Source of the DNA: Epiperipatus broadwayi
Taxonomy: Eukaryota > Animalia > Onychophora
Length of the DNA stretch: 64,000 nt
Reading direction: 5' to 3'
Assembly: GCA_028023455.1 (NCBI GenBank)
Contig: JAQFVV010000003.1
Location: 1,922,001-1,986,000, forward strand
Made by a program: the position numbers and the translations under genes. Positions 13,848 through 27,214 of this stretch are shown here, in pieces; the stretch's first letter is position 1, and each line of letters begins with the position of its first letter. Below the pieces are notes generated by a model. That model was given only the letters and a program-made list of their open reading frames with translations. It ran no database searches and was not told where the DNA came from.

Positions 13848-16216
13848 TCATCATCATCATCAACCATTATCAATCCACTGCAGGATGAAGGTCTCTCCAA
13901 GTTCAATCCATCTTTTCCTATCTTTAGCTTATCTTCTCCACATCACCCCTGCACACTGTCTTATTTCATCCACCCATCTCACATGTGGTCTGTTTTCTGG
14001 GTCGAATATCTTGGAATCCAGTTTAAAATTTCAATTGTCCATCTGTTATCATCTCTTCTAACAATATGTCCAGCCCATCTCCACTTCAGTCTTTTAATTT
14101 TTTTAATAAGGTCAGTAACAACTGTTTGTTCTCTTACCCATACATTGCATTTTCGATCCCTTCTTGTTACTCCCAACATTGCATATCTCCATACTTCTTT
14201 GAGTGGTCTGAAGTCTCTGTATTGCTCTTCTATTAAGTGTCCAAGTCTCATATCCATAAGTAAGAACTGGCAAAACACATTTATTAAAAACCTTCCTTTT
14301 CAAACACATAGGCATATTTCATTTTAGTATCAAGTTATTTCTACCAAAAGCATTCCAACCAAGTTTAATTCTATGATTAATTTCATCCATTATGTTTCCA
14401 ACTGTATTAATAATCTGACCAAGGTATTTGTAACTATTAACTTCTTCTGACTCATCATAATCAATCTTTATTTTCATATTTTGAGAAAATCCATTAAACA
14501 TTACTTTAGTCTTTTTAACATTTATCTTTAGTCCTACTTTCATCTGATAACTCCTGCAACATTTCCTGTAGCTCTAAAGCATTATTTGCAAAAACAACTA
14601 TATCACCTGCAAAATCTAAATGACTTAAATAATCTCCATTTACTTTCACTCCTTTAGCTTCCCATTTTATTCCACAAAATACTTCTTGCAGTACTGCTGT
14701 AAAAAGTTTTGGAGATATGGAGTCACCCTCTCTTACACCATTTTCAATGTTGATTTTTCTACTATCATTATGTAATCTAATTGGTGCTATTGCATTTTTA
14801 TAAATATTCTTCAAAATATGACAATATCCTGGATCTACACCTTGATGATCCAATGCTTTAATCACTGAAGAAAGGTTTATAGAATCAAATACCTTTTCAC
14901 AGTCTACAAATCCTAAGCATAATGACAACTCATATTCATTTGTCCTTTCTATAATTTCTCTCAATACCTGGAGATGATCTATTGTACTAAAACCACTTTT
15001 AAATCCAGCTTGTTCTCTTGGTTGGTGGAAATCCAGTGTTTTCTGTAGACGAGTTGTCATTATCTTAGAAAAAATTTTGTATAAAACTGATACAAGTCTG
15101 ATAGGTCTGTAATTTCTAATATCTTCTTTATCATCTTTTTTAAATATTAATATTAATACTGCATTCTTTAAATCATCGGGTATATCTTTATCATTTAGAC
15201 ATTTGGTATATAACTTTGCTAAAAAAAATTATATTTCTTCACCTGCTTTTTTTAATATATCAATTGCAATTCCATCATTACCTGGAGCCTTCCCTTTCTT
15301 CATAAATTTAATTGCATGTCTCACTTCCTCATTCAAAATTCTGGGAAATTCATGTATAGAAGGCACTTGTTCTTTATTACTATATAATTCTTGATAGAAG
15401 TCTTCTACACATTTTATGATGTCATCTCTCTTTTTAGTAATAATGCCATCTTTTTTGTCTTATTGCAGATATAAATTTCCTACCAATACCAAAATGTTGT
15501 TTTACACTCTTTAGTTTCTCTTCTATAGCTTTCCTTGCTAGTTCACAATTATACTTTCTTATATCATTTTCAACTCTTTTCCACACCATTTTACAAAATT
15601 CGAGATATTCAATCTTTTTTAATGCATCATTGTTGTATATCCTCATATACCTTCTTTTCTTCATAAATTCTCTAGTCTCAGTAGAAATTTTACTAGTCAA
15701 TTGCTGCTTTTTTCTACCAGATATCTTTGTTGCAGTTTTTAAAAGTGTATCGCTTATTTTCCTATTAATGTCATTCAAATCTGAATCATGTTCAAAATCT
15801 ATTAATACTTGAAACCGATTTGTAAGTTCTAATTTAAATTCATTAGAATGTTTTTGAAGATTAGGAATATCAACTGTAAATATTGTTTTTCTTACTAATT
15901 TTTGTCTTTCTAGTTTTGCATTAACATGTATCTTACATCTTACTAATCGGTGATCACTTCCTGTGTTAAATTTATTAAGAACATTACAATCTTGAAATAT
16001 GTATCTTTGGTTAGTCAAAATATAATCCAATTCTGCTGTATCTTTATTTGGATGTTTCCATGTCCATTTCCTTTTAACATTTTTCTCAAAAAAAGATTTC
16101 ATAATATAAAGTTTTTCTTTTTCTGCAAACTCCACAAGTCTATGTCCTCTCTCATTTCTATTACCTTAACCAAAATTACCTACAGCATTTTCATCTTTCA
16201 TTTGTTTACCAATTCT
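13848..16216 (-). mobile_element. RTE-clade LINE, 5'-truncated, ORF disrupted
   Basis: APE endonuclease C-terminus (GNRNERGHRLVEF, KWTWKHPN..ELDYIL, GSDHRLV), RT (EQAGFKSGFSTIDHL, VREGDSISPKLF, LDFAGDIV), LKWRWAGHIVRR. 3' end ggagagaccttcatcctgcagtgga followed by a (TGA)n tail at 13848-13862. Confidence 0.93.
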
Positions 16217-16222
16217 ATATAT

Positions 16223-16264
16223 TCAATATATGTATTTCATGCTAAACCAGCATTCATCAGTTGG
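16223..16264 (-). ncRNA. Type I hammerhead ribozyme, family A, core intact, just 5' of the truncated RTE
   Basis: Minus strand CCAA CTGATGA ATGCTG-GTT-TAGCAT GAAA TACATA TA|TTGA. Stem I has 3 bp. Predicted cut between 16227 and 16226. Confidence 0.7.
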
Positions 16265-16392
16265 GAGTGCTGGTTTAGCATAAAATATGTACATTGGTGA
16301 TTATTTATCTTTTCAATGTGTGTGTTCAGGTAGGTCAGCAATATAATATGGCACTGAGAATTGTGGGTCATGTGAAAGTCTGAGTTTGAATC
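16265..16392 (+). mobile_element. Family A copy in opposite orientation (HHR 5' core deleted)
   Basis: gagtgctggtttagcataaaatatgtacattggtg...gtgaaagtctgagtttgaatc. Forms a 14-bp stem with the preceding copy (atgctaaaccagca / tgctggtttagcat). Confidence 0.8.
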
Positions 16393-19300
16393 TTTATTTA
16401 ATTGACTAAATTGACATTTTTTAGTCTATGCTTTCAAGAGTATTTTTCATGTTATTTCATAAATATTTATTGAAATTTGAAAGTATGAATACTCAAGGGA
16501 TACTAGATAATACTGGCATTAGTCATATCCTTAAGTTAGTTTCTAGTTTATTATCTTCATCAATGAGAATTTGAGATTTAAAGCTGAAATTAATGCATTT
16601 ATAAGATATCTTTGACATCTTTATATTATTAAGGTAATAGCTTAACTTTAAATTTTATGCAATTTATTTGTGTAATTATATAGATCTCATACTAGACCAG
16701 TAATTATATATTTTTCTAAATATATTTGTATTGTAATGGTCGAATAAGTATAAATAATGATAATTATGATTTTCTTTAAATTATCATTAGATCATATTTG
16801 AACTAAAATCTGTTGACATATTAACATGTGACTATAAACTCATCAATAGATCTTCTTTAAATATTTAACCAAACAAAATTCGAATACATTTAGGTAAATC
16901 CTAAAATTAACATTCAATCAAACACAAATATTTTATGAATAATGTCCTTCTGATATTCTTTATCATTATTTGACAATTTCCTTGATTTCCCTCCTTTAGC
17001 TTTGCAATGCCATATTATCAATATAATCATCAGTATAATCACTAGTCCACCTATCTTAACATAATTAGTACTAATTAAGATTTTTTTTTATTAAAGAACA
17101 CTTTATTACACCTTGAATCTTTCTTTCCTCTCATGGAAATACACAAAATGACATTGTATGGTTAAAATAAAAATACAGTTAAAAAACAAAGTGCTATGAG
17201 GAGCAAGTTGTTAGATAGTTTGGTAAATGGTTTACTATATTTACAAAAAAAAAAAGAATGAATTTCTCAAGAGAATGAATTTAGACTATGAACAAAAAAG
17301 AAATGAAAATTTTGAAAAAAAAATGAATAAAATGATACACCAATATTTATAAAAAAAAGGGGAGGGGAGGGAAGAAATAAAATAAAATTTAAAATAATAT
17401 GAGACAAAAAGAAAATGAAAAAATAGTGTATAGTGGAAAAACGACAGAGCAAAATACTGGAAAATAAGAGATGAAAATGGAATAAACTCTTAGAAAATTT
17501 ATTTCAAAAGTTTTTTTAAAAACAATATTAAAAAAATTCAAAAATGATAAGAAGATTAGAGATCCCAAAATTGATAGGATATAGAAGAATACAAGTCTCA
17601 CAGGATTAGTATAGAAAAATGTGAAATGTGGATGAGTTAAGCAGTGAAGATATTGAATAATGTAAAACTGATGTTATAAATGGAAAACAAATTAAACCCA
17701 ATAAAGATGATAAATTAATGTATAAAGAAAAAATATGATGCAGTGAGTGATCCCAGAAAGTGATCTATGGATAACTATAAAATTTGTACTTTAAGACATA
17801 TTACATGTCAGTTATTTTATATGAAGAGATAAAGGAATATTATTCTAAAAGTTGTAAAATTTGGAGTGATCATGCCAATAAAAAGTCAACATTTTATTGT
17901 TTGATACCTCTAGTAGGAAGACCAAGAACAAAATGGAAGTAGATAACTATGATATAAATCTTATGGAATTATATTAAAAGACCGTATGTATTTTGTTAAA
18001 TGATAATGTAAAATGGATTTGACTTAAACTTGAAATTTATTAAATACTTAATTCACTAATATCAGTATAATCATGGAAAAACCTGATAAAAAACATTGAT
18101 GACAAAAATTATTAAAAATCTTATGTTTAGAAAATGATGTAAAGGCCTTAGTTAAATGCTAGAATTTCTTGTTGTCAAAGTCATAGATGCAATACAATTT
18201 TTTTTATAATTGATGATTCCTTATTGAAAATAAGGTTAGTTTTGAAAGCATATGGTTATCATTGTGAATTTTCATGCTGAGAAACACATTACTGTATATG
18301 TTCATTAGCAAATTTGTGTAAGCCTAAACTAGATGTCCCAGATGTCCCATGACTGGTTTAATTATGCTTGTTAAAAATTATGGAAATTATTTACTAAATT
18401 CTTATGAAGGTTATTCTTTGCCAGTGATTTAAATTAAGGTCAATTTTTTCACATGATTGATTTCTGACATTTTTGATATTTTATTGGAAGTTTAATTTCT
18501 TGTTTCTCATAGCAATATTTACTCACATTTTCCCAGATTCTTTATTCTTGATTTTTTGATTACCCTTACTGAACTCATTGGTGATCATGAAATATTGCCA
18601 AATTGAATTGAGATATGTACAAACCATATTACAAACAAAGTTTTTAAGTAAAGATACTATCATTGAATTTTAATATATTCATGGAAGATATTGCAATAGT
18701 CATTTTTTTTTTACAAGTAAAAAAAAAATATTCAAATTTAAACAATTCAGTATAGTATTTTAAAAAATTATTATTTACTCATATATATTAATATAACATT
18801 TTATAAGATAGAAGACTTAAATTATTTAATATTGGTAAATTGTATTATGAATCATGTGACCAAAGTGTTTTATTTCACTGCTCTTAAAAGGAACATATTC
18901 TCTTATTGTTAGTTTTGCTGTTTTACTTTTTTATTTTTGTCTTTTTTGTTTTATTTGTTATTGCAAAAATCAATTGTTATTTATTAAATTTTCTGAATTT
19001 ATCTGATTAAAAAGATGTCAGTTTATTTTTTAAATACCAAATAATTTTTATTGTATTTTTTATTTCTAAATTGCTTTTGATAATAAAAAAAATATGATGA
19101 TATTAAACATTCTTCATGCCTGGAATTTAAAAATTTGAAGGAATTTTTAAAACTAAAGAATTTCAACAGTATTAATAAGTAGAAGTTATATATGTGTGTA
19201 TGCACAGATAGATGTATATTAATTATAAGTTTATTTTAAAACTAATTTGAAGCAAACATTTTGTTTATTAACATTGAAAGAGTTAGGTGGGTGGAAATGA

Positions 19301-20394
19301 AATTTTCTTAGAAAATGTAAATAAAATTTTTACAAACAGATAGAGTAATTAAAAAATAAATATCTGATGTAATTTAGTCTGGTAATTCCTTTAAAAGATA
19401 AAACTTTGTAAATGAGATAGGACAAATAAGTTGTAGACCATAATGAAGTTTCATCTATCACCAATAGATAAATGGATTGAAACAAGTGATGATAGACTGA
19501 TTTTGCTGATAAGACAACTTCAGGAACTATAAATAAGGATTATAAATTATTGTAGTTATTATCAATTTTTATTGAGGTGTTTTAATTAAAGTTTGTGCTG
19601 CTGATTAGTCTTTGATTGTGACTCTGTTATATTTATTGTGATTGGTGTTGAAATATCATGCAGGAGTAGAGAAGTCACTATGTGCTTCACTCTGGTCACC
19701 TGGCAGAATGCAGTCTGAATGTCCATAGTAAAGTAAGGAAAGAAGTTGTTAGCTGATGTAGAAACATCTTAAGGAGCATTGTGTCATCATATCCCTAAAT
19801 TTCAAGTGTCTTCAGCTTTGGGAAGAAACCATCCCATAACAAAAAGTAAACTACCATCCAATGCTGCCTGCAGAATTAAGAGCAATGTGATTAAAACCTA
19901 TCACCACCATAGTTATGGTTGAACAAATGAAATCTAAAAGTATACCAATATCCAAAATCCACATTTGAACTCTTAGTGATGAAATGAAATGAGTATGAAT
20001 TTTTAAAATATTTTATTATAAATGTTGATTACTAACATTAAATATTTATCTCTATTGTCATTAAAATATTTTATAAATTATTTTTATTATTGATTTTGTA
20101 AATCTGCTTATAAACTAGCATTACAGGAAATTGCTATTTGGTTTTATTAAATCATACCACAATTCAATCAGCATAAATCTAAAAGAAGAGCATTTTTTAG
20201 AACAATTAGCTTTTCACAATCCTTGGCCATATTTTTAAAGACTTAGTAATCTAAAGCCAGTCATTTCCACTACCTGGAATTTTAAAAAGTTCATCAAAAT
20301 AATAATTTAATCATAGCTTGATGAACTCTAGATCAGTTAAAACAGGCTGCATATACAGAATAAATTAAGATTATCTTTTTATTATTTCTTACTT

Positions 20395-20860
20395 TACAGT
20401 TTTATGCAGAATAGGTGCTGTTGCATTTGTTTTTCCCTATGGCACAAGGAACAAAAAGCATCAATTTTGGTATAAAACCTGTGGTATTTAAGGAAATAGG
20501 AAGTAGGTAGAGCATGAAGATTTAGACTTAAAAGAATGTTAAAACATTTGGGTCCCAATGATCATTTTTTGAATCACTGCATCAACTGACTGTTGTTTAT
20601 ATTTAGCATTGGTGACTGAGGATCAGTAGTTAGGTCTCATTATAACATATTATCAATGCTCCAATAGGTTTATCTACCAACACCCAAAAAAGACACCTGA
20701 TCATAAATGCTTTGGAGTTGGTTTATGAGCAAAGACAAATATCCATGAGAAAGTGGTGGTTGGTCTGTGGGTGTTATTTGAAGAGTGCATTCAAAAGCTG
20801 AAAAATTACTTATCAGTGCAGCCAGGAGATTAATACTTTTTTTGTTTATAAATAAATCAT
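20395..20860 (-). pseudogene. L1/Tx1-like ORF2 C-terminal relic (zf-RVT)
   Basis: Minus-strand LNLHALPTSYFLKYHRFYTKIDAFCSLCHREKQMQQHLF at ~20410-20535 resembles the HNALPT..CxxC..H motif. Boundaries uncertain. Confidence 0.6.
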
Positions 20861-21014
20861 AGATATAATAAAATATCTTTACTAACAACAAAATGATATA
20901 TAACAATAGCTGTAATATAATTATATAATCATCACAAATAAAAATAACATAAAAAAGCTCTTTTCGGCGAATTTTAAATTTTTGCCCTTTTCAATATGGC
21001 TTAATTACAAAAAT

Positions 21015-21125
21015 ATGTGATGTGATGTCTCGGCAACTATGCTTAGATAAACCTGTTAGCCACTTTATTTTCCATTCGCCACTTTAAGTCTTCTCATATT
21101 CTGCCCCATCCCATTTCCACAACAT
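21015..21125 (-). mobile_element. Terminal ~110 bp of the (ACATC)n-tailed LINE family
   Basis: catattctgccccatcccatttccacaacata matches 6881-6911. Tail atgtgatgtgatgt at 21015-21028. Confidence 0.75.
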
Positions 21126-22089
21126 ACATACATACATACATGCATACATACATACATGCACATATGCATACATGCATGCATGCATACATGCATGCATGTG
21201 TATGCATGCCCCATTTCCACAACATACATACATACATGCATACATACATACATGCATACATGCATACATGCATGCATGCATACATGCATACATGCATGCA
21301 TGTGTATGCATGCATGCATACATACATACATACATACATGCATACATACATACATACATACATACATACATGCATGCATGCATGCATACATACATACATA
21401 CATACATACATACATGCATGCATACATACATACATACATACATACATACATACATGCATGCATACATACATACATACATACATACATACATACATACATA
21501 CATGCATACATACATACATACATACATACATACATACATACATGCATACATACATACATACATACATACATACATGCATGCATACATACATACATGCATG
21601 CATACATACATGCATGCATACATGCATACATACATGCATACATACATACATGCATATATGCATACATACATACATACATACATACATACACGCATGCATG
21701 CATACATACATACATACATGCATACATACATACATGCATACATGCATACATACATACATGCATACATACATACATACATACATACATACATACATACATA
21801 CATACATACATACATACATACATACATACATACATACATACATACATACATACATACATACATACATACATACATACATACATACATACATACATACATA
21901 CATACATACATACATACATACATACATACATACATACATACATACATACATACATACATACATACATACATACATACATGCATACATGCATACATACATA
22001 CATACATACATACATACATACATACATACATACATACATACATACATGCATGCATGCATACATACATATATATATACATACATACATAC
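21122..22089. repeat. Compound (TACA/TGCA)n microsatellite, ~970 bp
   Basis: Direct reading. Contains a second ccatttccacaacata exactly 100 bp after the first (21111 and 21211). Confidence 0.98.
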
Positions 22090-22159
22090 CAGCTCTATAT
22101 AAAATTAACACAAGCCTATAATTACACTTAAATATCTTTATAACAACACATATTATACA

Positions 22160-22640
22160 ACCCTCCATTCATTTTTCATTATCCAATTATTAGTTAAATT
22201 AATTGATGTTTTATAAATGTTCATACAATTATTTCTGTTAGAATTAATGTAATTGGTTTCATGTATCTTCCTTCTATTAAATTCTTTAATATAATTTAAT
22301 GGACTTATATTTTTAACACAATCTATTCTATGTCCATATTTTAAGTAGTGAACATATAAAGCAGATCTCTCATCTCTTCTATTAATAGCATTATTATGTT
22401 CCTTAGCCCTTTCTTCTAATTGTTTTGCTGTATGTCAATAATAAACCATACTGCAAACCCACAAGTAATTTTATATATTATACCCTTTTTATATTTTATA
22501 TCATCTTTTATTTTATAATTCCCTACTAATATATCAAGAGTTTTACTGTTTGACCATCCTATTTTAATATTTTGATCTATATAATTTTTATTTTTTAATA
22601 ATGTATTATAAATTTTAGGAACATATGAAAGTTTTATTTT
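22160..22640 (-). pseudogene. Penelope-like element C-terminus with GIY-YIG endonuclease, decayed
   Basis: Minus strand (P/S)YVPKI...KKGIIYKITC, frameshifted YIG.T, KQLEERAKEHNNAINRRDERSALYVH...GHRID...RRKIHE...CMN. Confidence 0.8.
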
Positions 22641-22649
22641 GTTTATGAA

Positions 22650-25600
22650 AAATTTGAATGGAATGAAGACCTAATCCATTTCTGGTTGGTGGAAGACTAA
22701 GTCATTTATAGAGATGGAGACAATTTTTCTGCACCATAATAGCTTCTACAGAGTGAGTAAATAGATGAAATGAAAGATTTAGTGGAGTTTATGATTGGTG
22801 AATAGTAGATTATTTAAGTAGTTAAAAGCTGATTGAAAAAGCATACTTTTGCATATAACAAGAGATAGATTTTGGAGAGAAAATGGGTTATGCATTCAGC
22901 ATCATCTCTCAGTTTTTCCTGTATTTTTGTCTCATTCCAGAGGGTCATAGACAGAAAGGAATTTCAAAGAAATTAGGTAGTTTACCATGGTAAATTTGCA
23001 TATGTATCTTGCTATTGTTAAGAAACCAAGCTGATGTTTTATTAATGTTGATCTTGAGTTTATATTTGAATTTATATTCATTAAGTATGTTTTCCAGAAT
23101 AGGTAGTTGTTTTTTGGAGATAAGAAAAACAATAAGGTCATCCATGTGTGAAATACATTGTCTATATAGTACAGCATGTGGAATTTTAGTTCCTTGTAAT
23201 TTTTTTTTTTGTATCTTGTTTAGAACATGATTAATAAAGAAAAGAGTGGAGATCCTTGAGGTATGAATTCATAAGGAGAGAATGAAGGTGATGTTATACA
23301 ATTAATTGTAATATGGATTTCATGACTAAGGAGTAGGATGGTTAGTAGGTATAAGAATGTGATATTTTGGTGTCTGAAAGTATCTGAAATAAAATTTGAA
23401 TAAAAACTGAGTCAAAAGCAGATTCAATTGTAATTTGAACTGCCATTAGAGAATATTTTTTTGCTCTCAAATTGAATTTACAATGGTTTTGAAAATGAGG
23501 GTAGCTTGGCCTGTTGGGAGCCTTTTTTTGCATGTTACATTGCTGATAACAGAGAAATGAAATATGGTTCAATTTAACTTTTCAAATCTTTTCAGGATTT
23601 TAATACCAAGGGGCCCATGGAGATTGGTCACAGATTAGATAGATTGAATATTGAAGCTTGATTTTTGTTGAATGGAATTAAAGAGATTGGATATAGATCT
23701 TTTATGTTAAACAACCTTGGTGATAGATAATTTGCTAAATCACATAGATATGTGGTGGTAAACTGACTGATATATGAACAAATTTAGGGAATATGGCCCT
23801 GGATGACAAGGGTTTGATATTGTGAGTGGTTTCAGTAAAAATTGGTAAGATAGAATGGTTTAACTAACTCTGGTTGGCCAAAGAGATTTTCAGGTGGTGT
23901 GAAGACACAATGTGACTGCAGCATTTGTTGGAAATATCTAAATATTAGTTCTATCATATTATGTCCAGATTTGGTAACATCCTTGATTTTAATTGCTTGT
24001 GGAAATTCTGACAGTGTTAGCATAACCCAGGATCCATCTAGTGTACCCTCATGTCCAGGTGAATTGTTTTATTAGAGAGATTTTTTTTATGTCAAGGTAT
24101 TCTTTTAGAGTGTTGCAGTTGTCATTATATACTTGTGTAAATCATTTTATCTATATATAGGTATCTGGTGTAGATTTACACATGGTGATTTTTTATGTAA
24201 CTCATCAGCCAAAGTTAGGAGTCTTGAGGGTGATGGGGTGGATCTAATAATATGATTTATATTAAATGATAGAATGTTAATAAAAGAAATGTACTGTTAA
24301 ACAGGATCAAGTTGCATAGTGCTAAGTTTAAATAGCATACTATGTGTTTCAATGTACAACAATTTAGAAGTGAGTGCAGGAAGAATTATTCTTATTGTTT
24401 TATGAAGTTGAATTGTTGATGTTTGTATTGCACTTAGATTTAGTTTGAGCATTTGACTAGAATGATCAGAAAATGGTAAGAGATTAAGTATTAACTTGAT
24501 TAAGTGATGAAGCATGGGTGACTTAATGCATAGGTCAATAAGTGAGGTGTGATGATGGTTGTATAATGAGATGGAGTTTGGTGGTAAAAAAATCTTTAGC
24601 ACTCATTAGGGATATTATGAGTTGATGTAACCATTTTCAAACAAAAGTGTGATAACTCATGTTAAGTCACCCAGTAAAACAACTGGATAAGAGGTTGATG
24701 ATAGTAGTGAATTGATGGTGAGCAGTAGTAATCATGAGATTACAATTGGTCCATTAAATACGTGAAGAAAAATTATGTTGAATGTAACAGTATGGTGGTG
24801 AAAAGTGACAATAAGTTGGTTTGAGTCAATATATATGACTTTAAAAAATAAAAATTGATATTCTATTGTGATGACAAGGTCAATACCTTGTGAAAGTGAT
24901 GATGAATCTTGTGAACAAGTGCAAAAACCTGGGTCCTTAGATAGCTTGAGGGCTCAATCTGAGAATCACTATATATTTTTGTTTTCAGTAGACCCATGAT
25001 GTGTGGCTGTGTAAATTGAATCTATTTGCTTAGCTGGAGGCTTTTTTGAATTGAGTTTAGTCCTTGAACATTGAAAGCTCCTATTTTATTTTCACATTAA
25101 AAGTAAATGAATAGAAAAAATAGAGTATATATTTTGAGAACCAGCTGTTTTACATTGACTGAATTGAAATTTTCATTTCATGCCTTGTTTATAAGGTTTT
25201 GAAAAAGTTTTGTATGAACATAAATGGCCAGCTAAGACTCAAAATTAAAATTTTCAGGGCTGACATCTAGGGCATTCAAAATATTTAAGAGATGTTTTGT
25301 TTGCATTTTTTAAGCAGGAAGATTTGATGTCTGTTGATGTACTAGTGTACATATGTTTTTCTTCAGGGTTTGTTTTTGATTCATTTCTTGAGTTTGAGAT
25401 TTTGGTAAGTGAATGATGAATATTTTTGGACTGAGAGCTTCCTGTTTTTGTTGAGTATCTGTTAAGTGTGGGCTACAGGATTCTAGGTTATAAATGCTGT
25501 TATTAGTGGAGCATGCTAGATTAATTTCATATCAAATGTTTTTATTTTTTTATTAGCATGATTGTTTCATGGTCTCCCAGGTTTTGTTTTGGAAGTATAA

Positions 25601-26500
25601 TTCTGTGTCACAGTTTTCAACTATTGGAAATGGTAGTAACAGTGTAGTAACAGTGTATCCATGACATTTATGCTGGTCTTGATTATTATAGGTGAAAATT
25701 GGTTAGTATTGTCATTGTGAATTATTGGTTGTAGTACCTTAGCTATATGAGTTGAAACTGTTTATATGGACTTTCTGATGAGGTGAGGGTTTGATTATCA
25801 TCACTCTGAACAGTTTTGTTGCTGTTGTCAATGGCTGTACTGAAAGTTTGATTTGTCTGCTCAATTGAGAGATCAATTGGTGAAGCATCTTCACTTGAAG
25901 AAGAATTCATGTGTGTATTAGGTGTTTTGTTAATATTGTCTTGGTTTTGATTATGAATGCATCTAGGTGTATGGTTACCTGCCTAATTACAGTGTAAACA
26001 TTGAGTGTTTATGTAGTTGATTGTTAGATGACCATTCTGGCAACAAGAGAAACATTGTGTTTTAAATCATCTTATGTATAGCCAATGCATTGCCTCTTGG
26101 TCTGTAATCTAAGTAGTGTAGTAGTTGGATCACTGATTTTGTTTAGCTTGATTTTAAACTCATATTAAAACTAGGGTGCCCTTTAGGTGAATTGGTTGCA
26201 ATGAGACAACCTTTCTGAAAGACTTCATTAATTTTTGAAAATTCTGTGTGGAGTAACCTAGGTATGTATTTTTCAATATGCCAGTTATGTATCTCTATTT
26301 GTTTTCATCTACAGCAATTATAGAGCAAAATAACCCAATGTTTTGATCTTTATTTTAAATCTATTTTTCTAGTTTTGATCATAGATTTCTATAATCAAAT
26401 ATTTTTAATTGGAATGATCACCTAAGCAAAAACCCTGTCCCATAGATTGTGCAAAGTGAGTGCTTCATATAGTAAAGCTTTTGGGAATTTATACAAAGAA
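22650..26500 (-). mobile_element. Old L1/Tx1-like LINE, ORF1 plus ORF2, heavily mutated
   Basis: ORF1 knuckle-like QCFSCCQNGH and CLHCN*AGNHTPRC (~25955-26060). APE motifs LLGDL (~24665) and SLIDLCIKSP..LPFSDH (~24460-24545). RT motifs DLYPISLIP, IESAFDSV, IPQGSPL (~23250), MDDLIV (23145), LKININKT. Post-RT LPPTRNGLGL (~22670-22700). Ends approximate. Confidence 0.75.
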
Positions 26501-27066
26501 CAATGAATATCTGTAGCTGATAAAACTATTGAATAATCTGTGAAAAATGGTGGAATGTGTTAAATAATCCATTAGGAATAGTGTTGTGGAACTTCTCAGA
26601 AATTCTATCTAGCATATCAGCAGTCCATGTTACAGAAGGGGAGGGGTTGTGTTTCTTCATTTTGATTTTGAAATCGAAATTTTCAATATCGGTGGTTGTA
26701 GATTTTTGAATTTTTGAGAAAAGAAATTCCAAAGATTTTTTTGGCAATATCAGCAAATGTTTTTTTATTAATTAAAATAACATTATACCTTAGGTTTGTT
26801 TTTTCATTGGCGTTGTGTTGTAAAACTGAAGGTAAGACAGTCAATTATGTTTTCATTAAGATGCTGCGAACTAAGTGTTTTTCCCCTCACAGACACACAC
26901 ATAAATATTTGCAAAGTTTTACAATATATATATATATAAATATTGTACTTGTTTTTTTTTTTAAAATAATTGAAAATTACCTTTATGATGGAGTTATAAA
27001 TAATAATATTAAAAATAGCAGGAGATTTTTAGCATCTTGCAACCGTGTGTCTAGCCAGATGGTGCT

Positions 27067-27190
27067 CTGTTGTTGTTGTAGTTGTAATAGTAGTAGTAAT
27101 AATAATAATAGTAGTAGTAGTGTCACCATCATTGTAGTAGTATTAGTAATGGTAGTAGTCATTTATCACTATAGTAGTACTAGTAGTAGT
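27067..27190. repeat. Mixed trinucleotide low-complexity tract (GTT/TAG/TAA)
   Basis: Direct reading. Confidence 0.85.
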
Positions 27191-27214
27191 TTTACATGTC
27201 ACGCTTAATGGCAA

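Noticed and set aside
17200-18700. Possible RTE or PLE remnants (GRPRTKWK; SQHENSQ..PYAFK)
   Set aside because: Too degraded to delimit or classify by eye.
21065-22168. Six long ORFs of 319-367 aa (MYVC / HTYI repeats)
   Set aside because: They are translations of the (TACA/TGCA)n microsatellite, which has no stop codon in any frame.
26714-27208. 164-aa plus-strand ORF
   Set aside because: Low-complexity trinucleotide tract and AT-rich text, with no domain.
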